DNA from: Trypanosoma brucei
Taxonomy: Eukaryota
Direction of reading: 5' to 3'
Length of the DNA stretch: 64,000 nt
NCBI GenBank assembly: GCA_000002445.1
Contig: CP000070.1
Location: forward strand, 1,056,001-1,120,000
In this document: positions 63,287 to 64,000 of the stretch, piece by piece
How the letters are laid out: every line of letters begins with the position of its first letter
Position numbering within the stretch: the stretch's first letter is position 1
Program-made: the position numbers and the translations under genes
The notes under the pieces: generated by a model
The model's database searches: none
What the model saw: only the letters and a program-made list of their open reading frames with translations
Told to the model about the DNA's origin: nothing

Positions 63287-64000
63287 ATGTCCACTCCGTC
63301 GAGCGGTGCAAAGGTACGTGCACTTCAGCTGCATAACCTGCCACGATCGTGGATGTATGAAGAAATTGTAGAATTTCTTCACCAAGTTGCTGAGCACGCG
63401 GGTATTGAACAGCCGTCTTATCACTCCACGGCGTCGTGTAACAGCGATGGAAATGAGGAAAGTGACTCGGCAGTGCCCCACGTGACATCCCCTTTCGTGG
63501 CCAGGTTACACATACCGTTCGGACGGCGAACGGGGATCGTTTATGGGACACCTATTATTCTTATAACGTCTGATTCTCTTGCGGATTATCTCTTGCGTGA
63601 TCTCACCTTCGACCCTGATGACTATAGGAGTCGCATTTACTTCACAGAAACTAAAGCCGACAGGTGGTATAACGGTGTGGGTGGTTTGTCTGCTGTGAGT
63701 GAGGAGGCTGCGGTGGTGGCTGAGCAACAACAGGCACTTTCGACGTTGGAGCTTGATCGTTATCTCTTGGCTCCTGACCTTTTGTACGATATGGCAAAGA
63801 TGCGGCAGCGGCGCCTCGTCACACGGCGGTCGAAATTGCTGCTGCATACGTTTGCGGATGATGAGAGTGACATGAAGGATACTCACGATGTTGAGGGTTG
63901 TGACGCTTCTGCTGGGGGAAATGCCGTATTTGGCGAGCGAACTGAAGAGCAGAATGAGGAGGAGGAGGAGGATAGGACGAGGAAAGGGGGAGGGAAAGCG
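63287..64000 (+). CDS. 5' portion of a hypothetical protein gene (at least 238 aa, runs off the window end), acidic C-terminal region
   Basis: ATG at 63287, preceded by the (CCT)n polypyrimidine tract 63229..63262 and a ctgcag AG. The frame stays open to position 64000. Confidence 0.5.
   Translation, partial: MSTPSSGAKVRALQLHNLPRSWMYEEIVEFLHQVAEHAGIEQPSYHSTASCNSDGNEESDSAVPHVTSPFVARLHIPFGRRTGIVYGTPIILITSDSLADYLLRDLTFDPDDYRSRIYFTETKADRWYNGVGGLSAVSEEAAVVAEQQQALSTLELDRYLLAPDLLYDMAKMRQRRLVTRRSKLLLHTFADDESDMKDTHDVEGCDASAGGNAVFGERTEEQNEEEEEDRTRKGGGKA

Overview
This window is nuclear DNA from a kinetoplastid. AT-moderate composition, intronless genes and the absence of Leishmania-level GC point to the Trypanosoma brucei group. 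All roughly 20 supportable protein-coding genes lie on the + strand, so the window sits inside one polycistronic transcription unit with no strand-switch region. Each gene is preceded by polypyrimidine tracts followed by AG (trans-splice acceptor architecture). Intergenic regions are long and low-complexity, with many (TA)n, (GT)n, (GA)n, (AAAT)n microsatellites and G-runs. I recognised no tRNA, rRNA, retroelement (no ingi/RIME-like ORF on either strand), CRISPR array or other prokaryotic structure. The supplied ORF track uses non-ATG starts (TTG/GTG/CTG), so I trimmed CDS starts to the first in-frame ATG. Recognisable products: glutathione synthetase; a PP2C phosphatase with a long N-terminal extension; a tandem pair of about 115-120-aa paralogues (possibly small kinetoplastid calpain-related proteins); an SNF2-family ATPase of ERCC6/CSB type; a DYRK-like CMGC kinase with a large insert; a coiled-coil protein; a divergent (possibly inactive) kinesin; a proline-rich protein built from 12-aa YRPPTDKPSSGA repeats; a 2408-aa protein carrying 16 near-identical 62-aa (186-bp) tandem repeats; mitochondrial ribosomal protein bL21m; a 1251-aa hypothetical; three tandem ELO-family fatty-acid elongases; a small protein with two plant-type LSD1 zinc fingers; and the 5' part of a further gene at the window end. 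Gene order and content (GS ... two tiny paralogues, CSB-like ... ELO triplet) match, from memory and unverified, T. brucei chromosome 7 near the ELO1-3 locus. The features most worth follow-up are the LSD1-type zinc-finger gene next to the ELO array, the giant 62-aa-repeat protein, the partially homogenised tandem mini-gene pair, a kinesin with a degenerate switch II, and an unlisted 78-codon membrane-protein ORF.
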